Shown in pieces: positions 13,701-25,359 of a stretch of DNA of 64,000 nt (position 1 is its first letter; each line of letters begins with the position of its first letter). Under the pieces are notes generated by a model, which was not told the origin of the DNA, did not search any database, and worked only from the letters and a program-made list of their open reading frames with translations. Source of the DNA: Monocercomonoides exilis PA203. Lineage: Eukaryota > Protista > Preaxostyla. Both the position numbers and the translations under genes were made by a program. The stretch lies in NCBI GenBank assembly GCA_001643675.2, contig LSRY02000017.1:1054001-1118000 (forward strand), written 5' to 3'.

Positions 13701-16700
13701 TGCACAAGTGAATGACACTCCACTCGATGTAGCTGTTGCAGCCAATGGCGGACTGAATGACATTGCAGAGACGCTTCTTGTTCCATTTGAGGATCTCAAG
13801 GCACTTTGCCACACGTCTGCTTCTTCAGCTGCTGAGTGCAAGCAAAGACCATCCGGCCTTCTCTTCAACCGGTTTGGCGCGCGCACCCTGGCTGCTCTGT
13901 TTACGTTGTTGCAGCGCCATTCAGTGCACAGCACAGAGACTGACAACAAAACACAGTGCGCAACGATCTTCAAGATGATTAATCAACATAAGAAGGATCA
14001 ACAGTTCGAGAAGATGGCTATTGAGGCTGATGGCCCAGCAGCATTGCTTGCATATTCCACGTTCTTGTTCTCGTTGTGTGGAATTGGTGCTTCTTCTGCA
14101 TCAGCATCGTCTTCTTCATCTTCATCTTCAGCAAATGCATCTGCTTCTGAATGCTCTTCTGATGCTCCCTTGAGTGCACCACCACAGCCAGAAGAGGAGA
14201 TTGTGGAGTATTTGTCCTCTTCTCTCAGCATGCTTGCTGTGTTGGCGGCATCATCAGCGCCTGTCCAGGATGATCTGTGCAACAGCGGAGCTATTCTCAC
14301 CCTTGTCACTTACACCAGCCATCTCAGTGCATTGAAAGCAGCTTCAGGAAATAAAGGTGATAAGACAAAGAAGAATGAAAAGAAAAATAATTCGATTGCA
14401 ACTGATGCGATCTCAGAAGAGGAAGGATGCGTTATCAAAGAAGTGGACGAGACAGAAGAAGAGACAGAAGATAAAGATGACAACGACGATTCAGAAAAGG
14501 ACGAAGAAGATACGTTTGACGACAACGAGTTTGTGGTGGAGCTGTTCAAGCAGAATCTTCTCTACCACATCAACGCCTCTCAGCTGCAGACATCACACAG
14601 AATGTCTCCGCACGGCTCATTGCGCTCACCGAACTCGATGCGTGCTGCCTCAAACACATCGCTCTTCTCTACTCATCGTTCATTCCTGTCGTCCATTTCC
14701 CCATCTTCTGTTCGCTCTGTCATCCTCTACGTGGCTGCTCTTTGCCAAGTGTGCGGTTCAAAGGCCATTGCATCTTCAATCGCCCTGATTTCGAACTCTG
14801 CCTCGTATGACACAAACTCCTCGTTCCTGTTCACTTTGGCTGACTGCAACGCATCTCGCATGCTGAGTGAGTATGCTGGACGCTGCAGTCTCCGCTTCTG
14901 CCTGTCATTCCTTGATGCGAGTGTGAATGGGGCAGAGGAGAAGATGGAGGCTGTCGGGAGAGGCGGAGGTGTGTCTGCTGCTGTTGCATCACTTGTGCAG
15001 GCAGCACAGACAGCTCATTGGAAGACGAAAGGATGGGAGAATGAGAAGGAACTGGCAAGAGAGGAAAGAGAGAGCAAAGCGAAAGGAGAAGAGGGAGATA
15101 AATGCGGAGCTGTGCAGGAAATGGAAGTGAAAGAGGATGCGGTAGAAGAAAAAATGATTGAGACCGAAGTCGAAGAAGAGGTTGAAGTCGAGACAGAAGA
15201 AGAAGTGGAAGAAGATGTTGAAAAGGAAGTGGAGAAAGAAGTGGAAGAAATGGTCGAGATGGAGGTGGAAGAGGAAGTTGAAGAGGAAGTTCCGGTTGAA
15301 AGCACTGAAGAAGAAAAGAAAGAAGAGGACGAAGAAGACGAAGAGAAGAAAGAGGAAGAAACAGAAGAAGGAGCAGAAGAGGAAAAGAAAGAAGAAGAGG
15401 AGGAAGCTAAAGAAGAAGTGAAAGAAGGTGAAGATGAAGAGAAGAAGGAAGGTGAAGATGAAACAGAAGAGAAGAAAGAAGACGAGACAGAGGAGGAAAA
15501 GGAGGAAAAGGAGGAAGGCGAGTCAGAAGAGAAGAAAGAAGAGGAAAAGAAAGAAGAAGAAGAAGAGAAAGAGGAAGAAGAGAAGAAAGATGAAGAAACA
15601 GAGGAAAAGAAAGAAGGCGAAGAGGAGAAAAAACCAGCAACAGAAAAGCGGATGGTCAAGAAAATGGTCAAAAAAATAGTTCCACAAAAGAAGATTGTGA
15701 AGGAAACAGTTGTTGTTAAGGAGAAAGTTATGAAGCCAGTCAAGAAAATGGAAAAGAAGATGGTTAAAAAGATGGTTCCTGCTCCAGAATCATCAGCTTC
15801 TTCATCATCTTCTCTTTCATCTTTTGAAGAACCAAAATCAGAACAGTCATCGTCTCTTCTCTCTCCTTTGGATGTCGCCTCGTCGCTTCAGCTGAGCTCT
15901 CTGCTGAGCCGCTTTGCGGAGGCGCCCAACAGAGCATGGGCAGACGAGATTTCATCGAGCAACGGTGTTATTTCTCTTCTAAGGACAGCCATTCGAATGG
16001 TGTGTGTCTCGGCAGACGCACCGAAGACAGCGCTGGTTGGTTTGTGTGACGAATCTGCTAATGAAAACGATGTGAAGAAAGGAGAAGAGGGAAGCAAGAT
16101 GAAGGAAGAAGGCAAAGTTGAAGGAGGAGAAGGAGAAGAATTTGAGGAGGTTGAAGTTACCGAAGAGGTGGAAGAGGAAGAAGAGGTTGAGGAAGAGCAA
16201 GTTGTTGAAGAGGAGCAAGAAGTGATGGATGAGGAACACGAAGAAGAGATTGAAGAGGATGAAGAAGAGGAAGTGGAAGAAGAAGTAGAAAAGGAGATTG
16301 AGGAAGATGTGGAGGTTGAAGAAGAGGAAGAGGTAGAAGAAGACATATCAGCTGAGAGCGAAGAAAAAGAAGAAGAAGAGAAAGAGAAAGAGAAAGAGAA
16401 AGAAGAAGACGAGAAGAGCGAAGAAGAGAAGAAAGAAGGAGAGGAAGAGGAAAATAAAGAAGAAACAGAAGAAAAGAAAGAAGAGGACGAAGAAGACGAA
16501 GAGAAGAAAGAGGAAGAAACAGAAGAAGGAGCAGAAGAGGAAAAGAAAGAAGAAGAGGAGGAAGCTAAAGAAGAAGTGAAAGAAGGTGAAGATGAAGAGA
16601 AGAAGGAAGGTGAAGATGAAACAGAAGAGAAGAAAGAAGACGAGACAGAGGAGGAAAAGGAGGAAAAGGAGGAAGGCGAGTCAGAAGAGAAGAAAGAAGA

Positions 16701-19700
16701 AGAAGAGAAAGAGGAAGAAGAGAAGAAAGATGAAGAAACAGAGGAAAATAAAGAAGAAGATGAGGAGAAGAAAGAAGAAGCATCAGAAGAAGAGAAAGAA
16801 GCTGAAGACACAGAATCAACAGAAGAAGCAAAAACAGAAGAAAAGCCAACGAAGAGGATTGTCAAGAAGCTTGTGAAGAAGATTGTTCCACAAAAGAAGA
16901 TTGTCAAAGAGATTGTCAAAGTTAAGAAGCCAACTGGACAGAAGAAGATTGTCAAAGTGAAAAAACCAATACTTGTCAAGAAGATGGTCCAAGTCACAAA
17001 AACAGTCAAAGTTACGAAGCCCGTCAAAAAGACAGTCACTCGCACTGAAAAACGCCCAATTCAAAAGAAGCCAGTGTCTCAGCCATCGCAACAAAAGAAA
17101 GTGGAGTTTGTCATTCCAGTGTGGAATCCCAAGGAAGAAGAACAGATAAATGCCTCACGCTGCACAGTTCGTGCTCTTTCTGCACTGATTGCAGTTGGCG
17201 ACTCAGCTGCTTCAGTTGTTGCACCAACAGCAGCCGCCACAGCAATGAAGCTGGCTGCAGTTGACTCTGCAATTAAACAGGGGAAGATGTGTGAAGGTGT
17301 GATCAAGAAGAGAACAGAGCTGGAGTTGAGTGTGGCGACGTATGCGCTTTCTCAGATTGTCACACGTGCTGCTTCAGCACCAACGTCCTCTTCATCGAGT
17401 GGCTCTTCGTATGGACAGACTGGCCTTTCATCAACGATGGGCTCGCTGAGCCTCCGCTCTTCTCGCCGCTCGACCCACGCGGGATCAAACATTGGTGCAC
17501 TCCTCTCTGCTTCTGCACTGGACACATCATCAATTGCACCTTTGCCATCAGCCATCGCAAACAAAATGAAAGGTGTTCTGGCGGCTGGCGCAGTCTCTGC
17601 ACTCATTCAAGTGATCTCTGTCATCTTGCAGTACATCAACATCGAGCAACTTGTAAATGCACAAGCAGCACAGCAAAGTGGAAATTCGACTGAAGAAGTG
17701 AAAGAAGTTCTCGAAGCTCCACCAACCGCTGAAAGCGTCCAGAAACTTCTTGTTGCTGTCATGACGAATGTGATGTCTCCACTCAATGAAAGCGGGCCAA
17801 CTGCATCGCCATATGGACCAGCCTTGTCCGCTTTGCGAGACTTGAAAAATGCAATCTTGCCATATCTTTCTTTTGAACCAGCGATGCTTCTGCCGTTCCC
17901 AGCTGACCAGATGCAGCTGACTTCAAATGTCTCCACACTCTCAATTGCGATTCCAGTTGCCACTCCAACACACCAAGCATTCTCGTGGGCATGTGATGCT
18001 CTCAACATCCTCCTCCGCTGCCCGCCGTTCCCCAACACAGCACGGTTGACAATCACCACTGGATTTGCCACACTTGCTGCAAGAAAGAGACTGCTTTCTC
18101 TCGCAGGAAGAGGAAGAACAGGCGCAGCCGATCCAGACCTCACAGCAAATATTGAAGCACTTCGTGATCACGGAGCGCAGGGAAGTGCTTTGCTGATGGA
18201 CGGAATTGGTGATTGGTTGAGCGATAAAGAGTCCGAAGAAACTGGAAGCCCGAAGAAGTTAGGAGATCTAGAATTGAGTGATTCCAGCGCAATTAGTGAG
18301 GCTGCAGAGCCAGAGCCGATGTCAAAGATGGCAAGAAGTGGACTGAGCTTGGCAATCTCCATTCCACATCAAACGCCACACTGGTCTCCACTTAATGTTG
18401 ATGGCAAGACTCGCTTCTCGGCTGTTGCACGTTGTCTGGCCATTGACTCAGATGAGGTTATCACTGCTGCCATCACAGCAGACGATGGTGTTTTGTGGCT
18501 GATGTCGCAGTCAGAGGAGCCAGAGCAAGCGTTTGTGGAAGATCTAGGCGACGATGTTCGATTTGTGGATGTGAAAGCAGGACACAGATTCTTCGTGGCA
18601 AAGACATCAGAAGGAGTTCTTGTGACATTTGGAAGCAACGAACACGGAGAGCTTGGCAGAGGAATGATTGACGAACAGGAAGCAGAGAGAGAGAAACAGA
18701 GAGCATCTGCAATCAAATTACTGGCTTCAAAGACTGCAGCTGGTGTGTATCCTCCATCTACTTCTCTCAGCATCGAGTCAGAACAGCACCAGAATCCATT
18801 TGAGACTGAAGAAGAGGACGAAGAGGAGCAGATGCTTCTTGAAGCAATTGAGCGCCGCTCGCGTCTTCTTCCATCGGCTGTGCAAACTGGAAGGATGAGA
18901 TGGATGGATTGGGGTATTGTACGTGGCTTGGAAGGAGAAGTCATTCATCCTTCTTCTTCTGCTTCCTCCTCCTCTTCTGCTAGCGGTGTTCTTTCCTCAG
19001 TTTCTTCGACAGCATCACTTTCTTCTTCTCCGACGTCCTCTCTGTTGTCAACTGTATCTTCACCGATGGGTGGGCTTGGAGCTTCATCGTCTCTGGTTTC
19101 AACAACTACTCCCTCGCCAACATCGCCTAACATCCGTGATCGTACACTCTCTCCCTCAAAACCCAACCGCACTTTGTCCATTTCGTCTCGTCCTGCCATC
19201 AGCGGGAAGGTTATCTCATACTCATGCGGTGCCAGCCACGTAATTGCAGTGACAGATGCTGGACGTGTCTTTGCATGGGGCTTGAACGACAAAGGCCAGT
19301 TGGGTGTGAACGACTTCATATCACGTTCACAGCCTACAGAACTGACCGCTGCTTCTTTGCGCGACTTCTATCTTGCAGAGGAGCATCAGGAATTCCTAAA
19401 GAAGATCGAATCTGACGCTCGCGCGGAAGTTGATGCTGAGGAGAAGATCATTCGTGGTCAGCAGAACTCGCCGTTACTTCTTCGTGGCTTCAACACATCT
19501 TCGCCAAAGCAGCGCATCTCTTACACGCCTCGTGCTTCCACTACACTTGGGTCAACTGCTGGAAGCGAAAGACCGACCAGAACAGCTGCTGCAAAGAGAA
19601 TGATGCCATATGGAATCTTTGGCCCACATCGCATCATCAACTGTGCTGCTGGTATCTCCCACTCTCTCTTCCTCACCACTTCTGGAGATGTGCTCGTCTG

Positions 19701-20229
19701 TGGAACAAACTTTGTGTGCCAGTTGGGTATCCCTTCAAAACTCTGCCCATCTGTCCTACCAATCCCAACAGCTTTGCCAAAGCTTTATTTCGACCACACT
19801 CCAGTTTCCGTTGTGGTTGCTGGCTCATTCCACTCTGCAGCCATCACCAACCACGGCGATCTCTACATTTGGGGCATGAACGACAAAGGCCAGGCCGGCA
19901 TCCCATCAGAGCGAGCAGGCCATCTGCCGATGCCCACTCGCGTGCCGCTTGAGGTGTGTGCAGGTGAAACCATTGTCTCTGCTGCACTTTCACATTCAAC
20001 AACTCTTGCCCTCACTGCATCTGGCAGACTGCTTGTGTGTGGCGATGGGAACATCATGGACTCCAACGCATCTAGCGCAGGGGCAGCCGGCAGCAACGGT
20101 CCATTCATAACTCGCACGTCATCGTTTGTGGATGGTACTTTGGATGTTCAAAAAGCTGCCGATAGTGCTATGGTTCGTGTTATGGGTGTAATTGCAAGTC
20201 GGTGCTGCATAAGCTTAATGATTGAATAA
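7725..20229 (+). CDS. Giant (~4,050 aa) ARM/HEAT-like helical-repeat protein with C-terminal RCC1 repeats
   Basis: Exons 7725-7731, 7839-8327, 8405-8536, 8651-20229 join in frame across GT-AG introns. RCC1 motifs near the C-terminus: AGHRFFVAKTSEGVLVTFGSNEHGELG, CGASHVIAVTDAGRVFAWGLNDKGQLG, AGISHSLFLTTSGDVLVCG, AGSFHSAAITNHGDLYIWGMNDKGQAG. ARM-like helices such as AQQQFLSGGGVLLATQAM and VQDDLCNSGAILTLV. Confidence 0.85.
15309..16748 (+). repeat. Near-identical intragenic direct duplication (~15309-15608 and ~16467-16748) encoding a Glu/Lys-rich spacer
   Basis: Both copies read EEKKEEDEEDEEKKEEETEEGAEEEKKEEEEEAKEEVKEGEDEEKKEGEDETEEKKEDETEEEKEEKEEGESEEKKEE with matching codons; copy 1 has an extra 18 nt. 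Confidence 0.9.
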
Positions 20230-20482
20230 CTTAATGAAAGATGGGAAAACAACATTTTTTTTTAAGGTTAATTTTTTTTATCAATGTGTTTTGAACTTTG
20301 TTCTTTGTTTAACTATCTAGCAACTCATAGCTTCTCTCTTCATTCTATTTTATAACTTCTAACCAAGATTCATTCATTCATTTCTAACAATGTACTGCTT
20401 TTTTTCAATTATTTTTCTGAAATTATAATCCCAAATGAAAACAAAAATAAAGTTAATTATGCATAGATTTTTTTTCTTCTTT

Positions 20483-21211
20483 TTATTTCTCGCTATCTAA
20501 AGAAAATTTAACTTCTTCGTCTTCGCAGCACTCCGTCCTTCCCTCACCAGTGAAATCAAGATCATCTGATCCATCTGAACTTTCATCTTCTGGTGGTGGA
20601 AGTAAACTTTGCATTTTTGAAACAAATTCAGAAGCTTTTATTGCTGAAATAGAATAAAAAAAATCAAAGCAGAAAAAAATGGTTGAAAGACGAATTATAA
20701 ATATATTTTTAAAAAAATGCTATATTTATATCACTAAACCATTTTCTTTTGATAAAATAAACCAATATAAAGAAGGATCGTTTTTAATTGAAAGATCAGA
20801 TGGAGACGACGATGTTTCCAAGTTTTCTTTTGGTTCGAACGCATTTTCTTTATTTTCTTCCTTCAAATGTGAATATGTTGGCACTACTTCTTCATCTTCA
20901 CTTTCGTCATCGTTGAAAATTTGAATAAATAAAGCAGATTGAATTTCAATGTCTTCTTTTAAAACTCCTTGAAGACAAATGTTTGAATAAAAAATTGTTA
21001 TTGGTTGAATGGTTGTGTGTGTCATTGCTCCGGAATTATCAACTGATTTGTGAAACCAGCACAATTTATCGTTTAATATTGTTAGACAACCTCTACCAAT
21101 TTTAGATTCTCGATTTCCGTGGCAACATTCAACATCATCAAACTCTAACGAATTTATTGAATCTTTATTATCCAAACTCAATTCAGAGTAGGTATTTTTT
21201 TCTATTTCCAT
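20483..21211 (-). CDS. CLNS1A: pICln / Voldacs-domain protein (methylosome subunit, Sm-ring assembly chaperone)
   Basis: Exons 21211-20740 and 20643-20483. GRGCLTILNDKLCWF...IFYSNICLQGV...ALFIQI-acidic patch...FVSKMQSLLPPPEDESSD follows the ICln pattern (GxLxIxxxxLxW, YPxIxLHA, LYxQL, acidic loop, QxLHPDPED). Confidence 0.75.
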
Positions 21212-21240
21212 TTACGTTTTCATAGATTGGTAAAGATCAA

Positions 21241-22364
21241 ATGACATTTTTCTTTTTGTGCTTGATCTCGTCTGCTACCGCATCGTTATTTGGGTCCAAA
21301 CCATGGACCTTGGAAAATTATTTAGTTTCATCTTGGGATTTAAAGTTTTCAAAACAGAATTTGAAGACATCAGTTTGATATCAATTTTTCCGATTCTTAT
21401 TTTTTATTTGTGTTTTTGTGCAAATGGGACCAAATTGTTATCATTTTTTTATTATTAACTTTTACAAAGGAAATTGAACCACTTGAATGGACAGCTAGAA
21501 TTCGCCCTATCGGAAAAGAGGCTCAGACTTTTAATCTTTCAATCATAAACGTAAAGACAATGGAAAGTTTGTCAAAAAGATTGATACTGAAGCCTGCGAA
21601 TAATCAGACTGTCGAGCTTTACATGAGCGATATACCATTTGCCTCAGAACAAAATAATGGTAAGGAAGGTCAGTCAGACGAAACAAGTTCTAATGGCGAA
21701 GAAGCAAAAGACGCAAAAGATGAAGAAGCAAAAGATGAGCTACAGCTTGAACCAGAATTGGTTCTTAATCTTACAGTTTCTCATTTTGCGGATGGTGATC
21801 TTTACTCAACCTTCATCAAACTTCCAAATGTTAATTCTGTTGCGCATTTAATTCTTCATCCAAATAACGTTTTCACAGTATATATTTTACCTTCAAGTAA
21901 AGTGCCCTCGGAGCAAGTTGAGAATCTTCAGCAACTCAGCGTCCATGTTGAAGATATTATTGGTTGTTTTGATGATTTAGATGAACAATCTGCATTTATT
22001 GTTACCGGAAATAAATTTGTTATTCAAAAACCAAATCCATTTAGTACTATGTTACCTCTTATAATGATGTTTGTGTTCAACTGAATTAAAGTTGAAGTTA
22101 ATAATTTGTTTATTTTTATCAATTATTTTGCAAAACTTATTTATTTGATATTCATTTAGGATGGTAATGCAACATTTAACAAAAAAAATGCCAATGCCTC
22201 AACAAATGGCACAGGGAGCTGCAGCTCAGCAAGACGGGCAACCACGTCGCCAGCAAGCAACTGTTGAAGAAATAAATGATGATGAAGAAGGGGAAGAAGA
22301 GGAGGAAGGAGAAGAAGAGGACGAAGATAAAAAAGATGGAGATGAAAAAGATAAAGTTGATTAA
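21241..22364 (+). CDS. Signal-peptide, single-pass membrane protein with acidic C-terminal tail (function unknown)
   Basis: Exons 21241-21372, 21470-22068, 22160-22364 are in frame. N-terminus MTFFFLCLISSATASLF, hydrophobic PFSTMLPLIMMMVM, tail of Gln then Glu/Asp. Confidence 0.75.
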
Positions 22365-22668
22365 ATAAATTTACAAATGTTTTTTCAACAGCATTTCACT
22401 TCGCACATACATATTGAACAAAATAAAAGTTGAAGATATTACAATAATGCTCTCAATTTGTTTTGAGATATTTATTCATGTTATTACTTCTGAAAAATTG
22501 AAACGTAAAAAAGGAAAAGATAATTTTTTTTTTGCTTGGACAAAAAATAAATTTGAAAAATAGAAAGTTATTGTTGCATCATTTTCAGTTGCGGCAAATT
22601 AAAAGAATATCGGAACTTTCAAATTATGATTATTCTTGTTTCTATTGATTTCTTTTGTGTTTATAAAG

Positions 22669-23137
22669 TATACCTCTGTGACCTGACAAATAACTTGAAG
22701 CCTCGTCTGTCACAATAAAAAAAAAAATTTTTTTTTCATAAATTAATATAAAATAAACTATTGCTAAAACTTTTAAAGACTTTTCAAAGCACTATGGAAA
22801 AGATTTGTTGATAGCATCCGTAATATTTTGTCGATTTTTCTCTTTTGTCAGCTACCGTCAGTGACCGTCAGTGACTGTCAATGACAAATTGTGACAAAAA
22901 TATTCCTCAACTGACATTTCGTGACAAATTAAATAAATATTGGGAACCTGATCATTTTATTTTTATTTTAATTTTTACAAAATAATAAGAATTATTTCAT
23001 GAAGATTTTCAAATTAATTATTATAGTAATTAAGAATTATGAAATCATTATAAATAACCCTTTTTGACAAGTCATAAATATCTTGTCAGTCATTTTGTCA
23101 TTTTTTCAATTTTCTTTTGTCATGTCACAGAGGTATA
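22669..23137. mobile_element. Non-autonomous MITE nested inside the Merlin element (hAT-like TSD length)
   Basis: TIR TATACCTCTGTGAC(C/A)TGACAAA at both ends; 8-bp TSD TTATAAAG at 22661-22668 and 23138-23145; many internal TGACA/TGTCA motifs. Confidence 0.88.
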
Positions 23138-23231
23138 TTATAAAGTATTGAAATGTGAAAAAAGTTGTCGGAAAACGTTAAAAAAACTTTCAATAATTTT
23201 TTATTAAAGCTGATCAAATGAAAATTTCTGC

Positions 23232-24287
23232 TTATTCATCAGAATAATTAGAAGCATCCTCTCCGTCATCAACGCTATTTGAATCTTCTTCTTTTTCATC
23301 ATCACGCGGCCCATGCAGTATATCGTCAGCATCAGGAATTTCTTCATTTTCTGAAAAATCAATTTCTTCATCAGCAATAATGGATTTTTCTTCTGGAATA
23401 AAATGAATCATTTTTTGCAAAATATCAGCAAAACTTGGTTTAAGATTCCTTTGAACAAGCCACATGGATAAACAATCAGCAATGAATGTTTTCCTTACTC
23501 CATGCTTTGGAAAAAACGCTCTTCAATGACTCCACAACCCTTTAACGGAATTGGTGCAAGCACCTGTTTCTGGGTCTTTGAAGTTCCTTTTATGACAGAC
23601 CGTTATATGTTCATAACCAATATCTTTCAGACAATTATAGCTTTTCCATTCATCACTAATAATTGTTGTGCCTGCTAATATCCTTTCTTGAATAATAGGG
23701 ATCAATGTTTCTTTTTTCCTGTCTGGCACGATGATAACAAAATTTGTTCCAGCTCCTCCTCCTTCCTTCCTCTCAACTCCTCCGAAAATCCACAGCAAAT
23801 CCTTCTTTCTTCCTCTTCCATATTTCCTTCTCCTCCAAACAGCCTCATCTATTTCGACGTATTTTCCTGGTCCTCCTAATTTCGGCATCGTTTCGTTCCA
23901 AATTTGTGTACACGCACCTCTCACAACGCTTGTCCAGTAACCAATAGTTGGATATGAAACACCCGTCAGCAAATGAATTTGTTTTAATCCAATTCCAATC
24001 CAATAGTATAATAGAATCTGCAAAACTATATTTATTGGTAGTTTCATTTTGGAAGATACGGAATTTTTAAATATTGAGGTTTTTTTTCGGCAAGTTTGAC
24101 ACCAAAGATATTTGTAACCTTCTGTTTCCTCCCTGATTCTCCTTTTGCTTCTGCATTTAGGGCAATCCTTGGTAGCGAACTCTTGAAAACGTTTGAAAAA
24201 CCAATTCCACGTTTCTTCTTTATCATGGAAGATCATTTTCAATCGAAATACTGTTTGACTATTTTTTTCCTCTTCAGATCTTGCCAT
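23232..24287 (-). pseudogene. ISXO2-like DDE transposase with premature stop
   Basis: Zn ribbon CPKC...CQTC, HTH, VEIDE, WIFGGVER, TIISDEWKSY, HITVCH, NSVKGLWS. In-frame TGA at 23525-23523, after which the same frame continues RAFFPKHGVRK... to 23232. Confidence 0.9.
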
Positions 24288-24878
24288 TAAACTTTTTTAA
24301 TCATAAACCATAGATTAGAATTTTTTTGACTTTTCCATGTTTTTTTAAACTTCTAAAAAAGACTTTCCGTTAGCTGAAAATTTGCATATTGAATCAATAT
24401 ATAACGTAAATGACTTTCACTATTTTATTGTGCAAAATTGAGAGTTCCGATACACTTTCATTTTGCCTCAGTTGCATTGATCGTTATTATTTGACTTTTT
24501 CACAATAGTTCCCCTCTCATTGATGAAATATTCATAGTTTTTTTTTTGATATGGTTTATTCTTCTTTTATTTATTTTTGAATTCCTTTTGATCAAATTTT
24601 TAAGATGAATGCAATTGGAAAACTTTGTTTTTAATATGTGGAAAAAAACTAGAAAATATTTTTGAAACTTTTAGACTTTTTTTCACCAATATCTTTTTTT
24701 GCATTCAAACTGAATTTTTTCTGTTTTTGTTGAATTCCTGTTTCATTCCTGTTTCCATTAAGAATATCATCATATATATATATTGATGTTGTCGTTTCTT
24801 TCTTTTTGTCTTTACTTGAAAGAATTCTCTTCTTTTTAATGTTTTAAACCTTCTTTTTGTTGATGTGGTGATAAATCC

Positions 24879-25359
24879 GGCATAATGCTACTTAAAGGGT
24901 ACCTAAAAAATTAAAAATAAGCTTTATGAAAAGGCTAAATGTTTTCGAGTGAACTATCATTAACACTCTTTGGTGTAGACTATATGATTAATTTATCATT
25001 TTTCTTTATTAGGGTATTCGTTCTCAAAAACAACTGTACCCTAATTGAAATTTTAATTAAATTTTTTTGATAAATTAATTAAATAACAATAAAAAACATT
25101 TTTAGGTTTATAAATTTGAATATTAGTGCTATTTGCAATTGTTAGGGTTGCTAAAAACTCAATTCAAGCATTGAAATGAGAATTGAAAAAAGCCTCATGA
25201 AAGTTATTATGTGAATAAAAAATCACTCAGTCATTTTTTGCTTTGATCAATTTGTTATAATAAATCTATTGTATTTATAATATCTTAACATTGTTTTTTT
25301 TAGCTATTTATTCATGGATTTAACGAAAAAAACGGGTACACTTAAAGTAGCATCTTGCC
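24879..25359. mobile_element. Non-autonomous Merlin-type MITE
   Basis: TIR GGCATAATGCTACTTAAAGGGTACC versus reverse complement GGCAAGATGCTACTTTAAGTGTACC; perfect 8-bp TSD ATAAATCC at 24871-24878 and 25360-25367; no coding capacity. Confidence 0.9.

Larger units (their letters stand above)
22593..24467 (-). mobile_element. Merlin (IS1595/ISXO2-type) DNA transposon, inactive
   Basis: Imperfect TIRs GGCAAATTAAAAGAATATCGGAACTTTCAA versus reverse complement GGCAAAATGAAAGTGTATCGGAACTCTCAA; perfect 8-bp TSD TCAGTTGC at 22585-22592 and 24468-24475; internal transposase. Confidence 0.93.

Noticed and set aside
1333-20117. Dozens of antisense and alternate-frame ORFs (poly-Ser/Phe/Leu) overlapping the two giant genes, and likewise over the receptor and TTI1
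   Set aside because: Shadows of low-complexity GAA/TCT-rich coding sequence that lacks stops in other frames; no domain motifs.
23523-23525. In-frame TGA as possible stop-codon reassignment or selenocysteine
   Set aside because: TGA, TAA and TAG all terminate conserved genes here (Sec61a, CIPK, NSA2), and the same transposase has a catalytic E-to-K change, so a nonsense mutation is simpler.
25005-25150. TTAGGG-like hexamers suggesting interstitial telomere
   Set aside because: Only scattered single copies within a MITE, not a tandem array.
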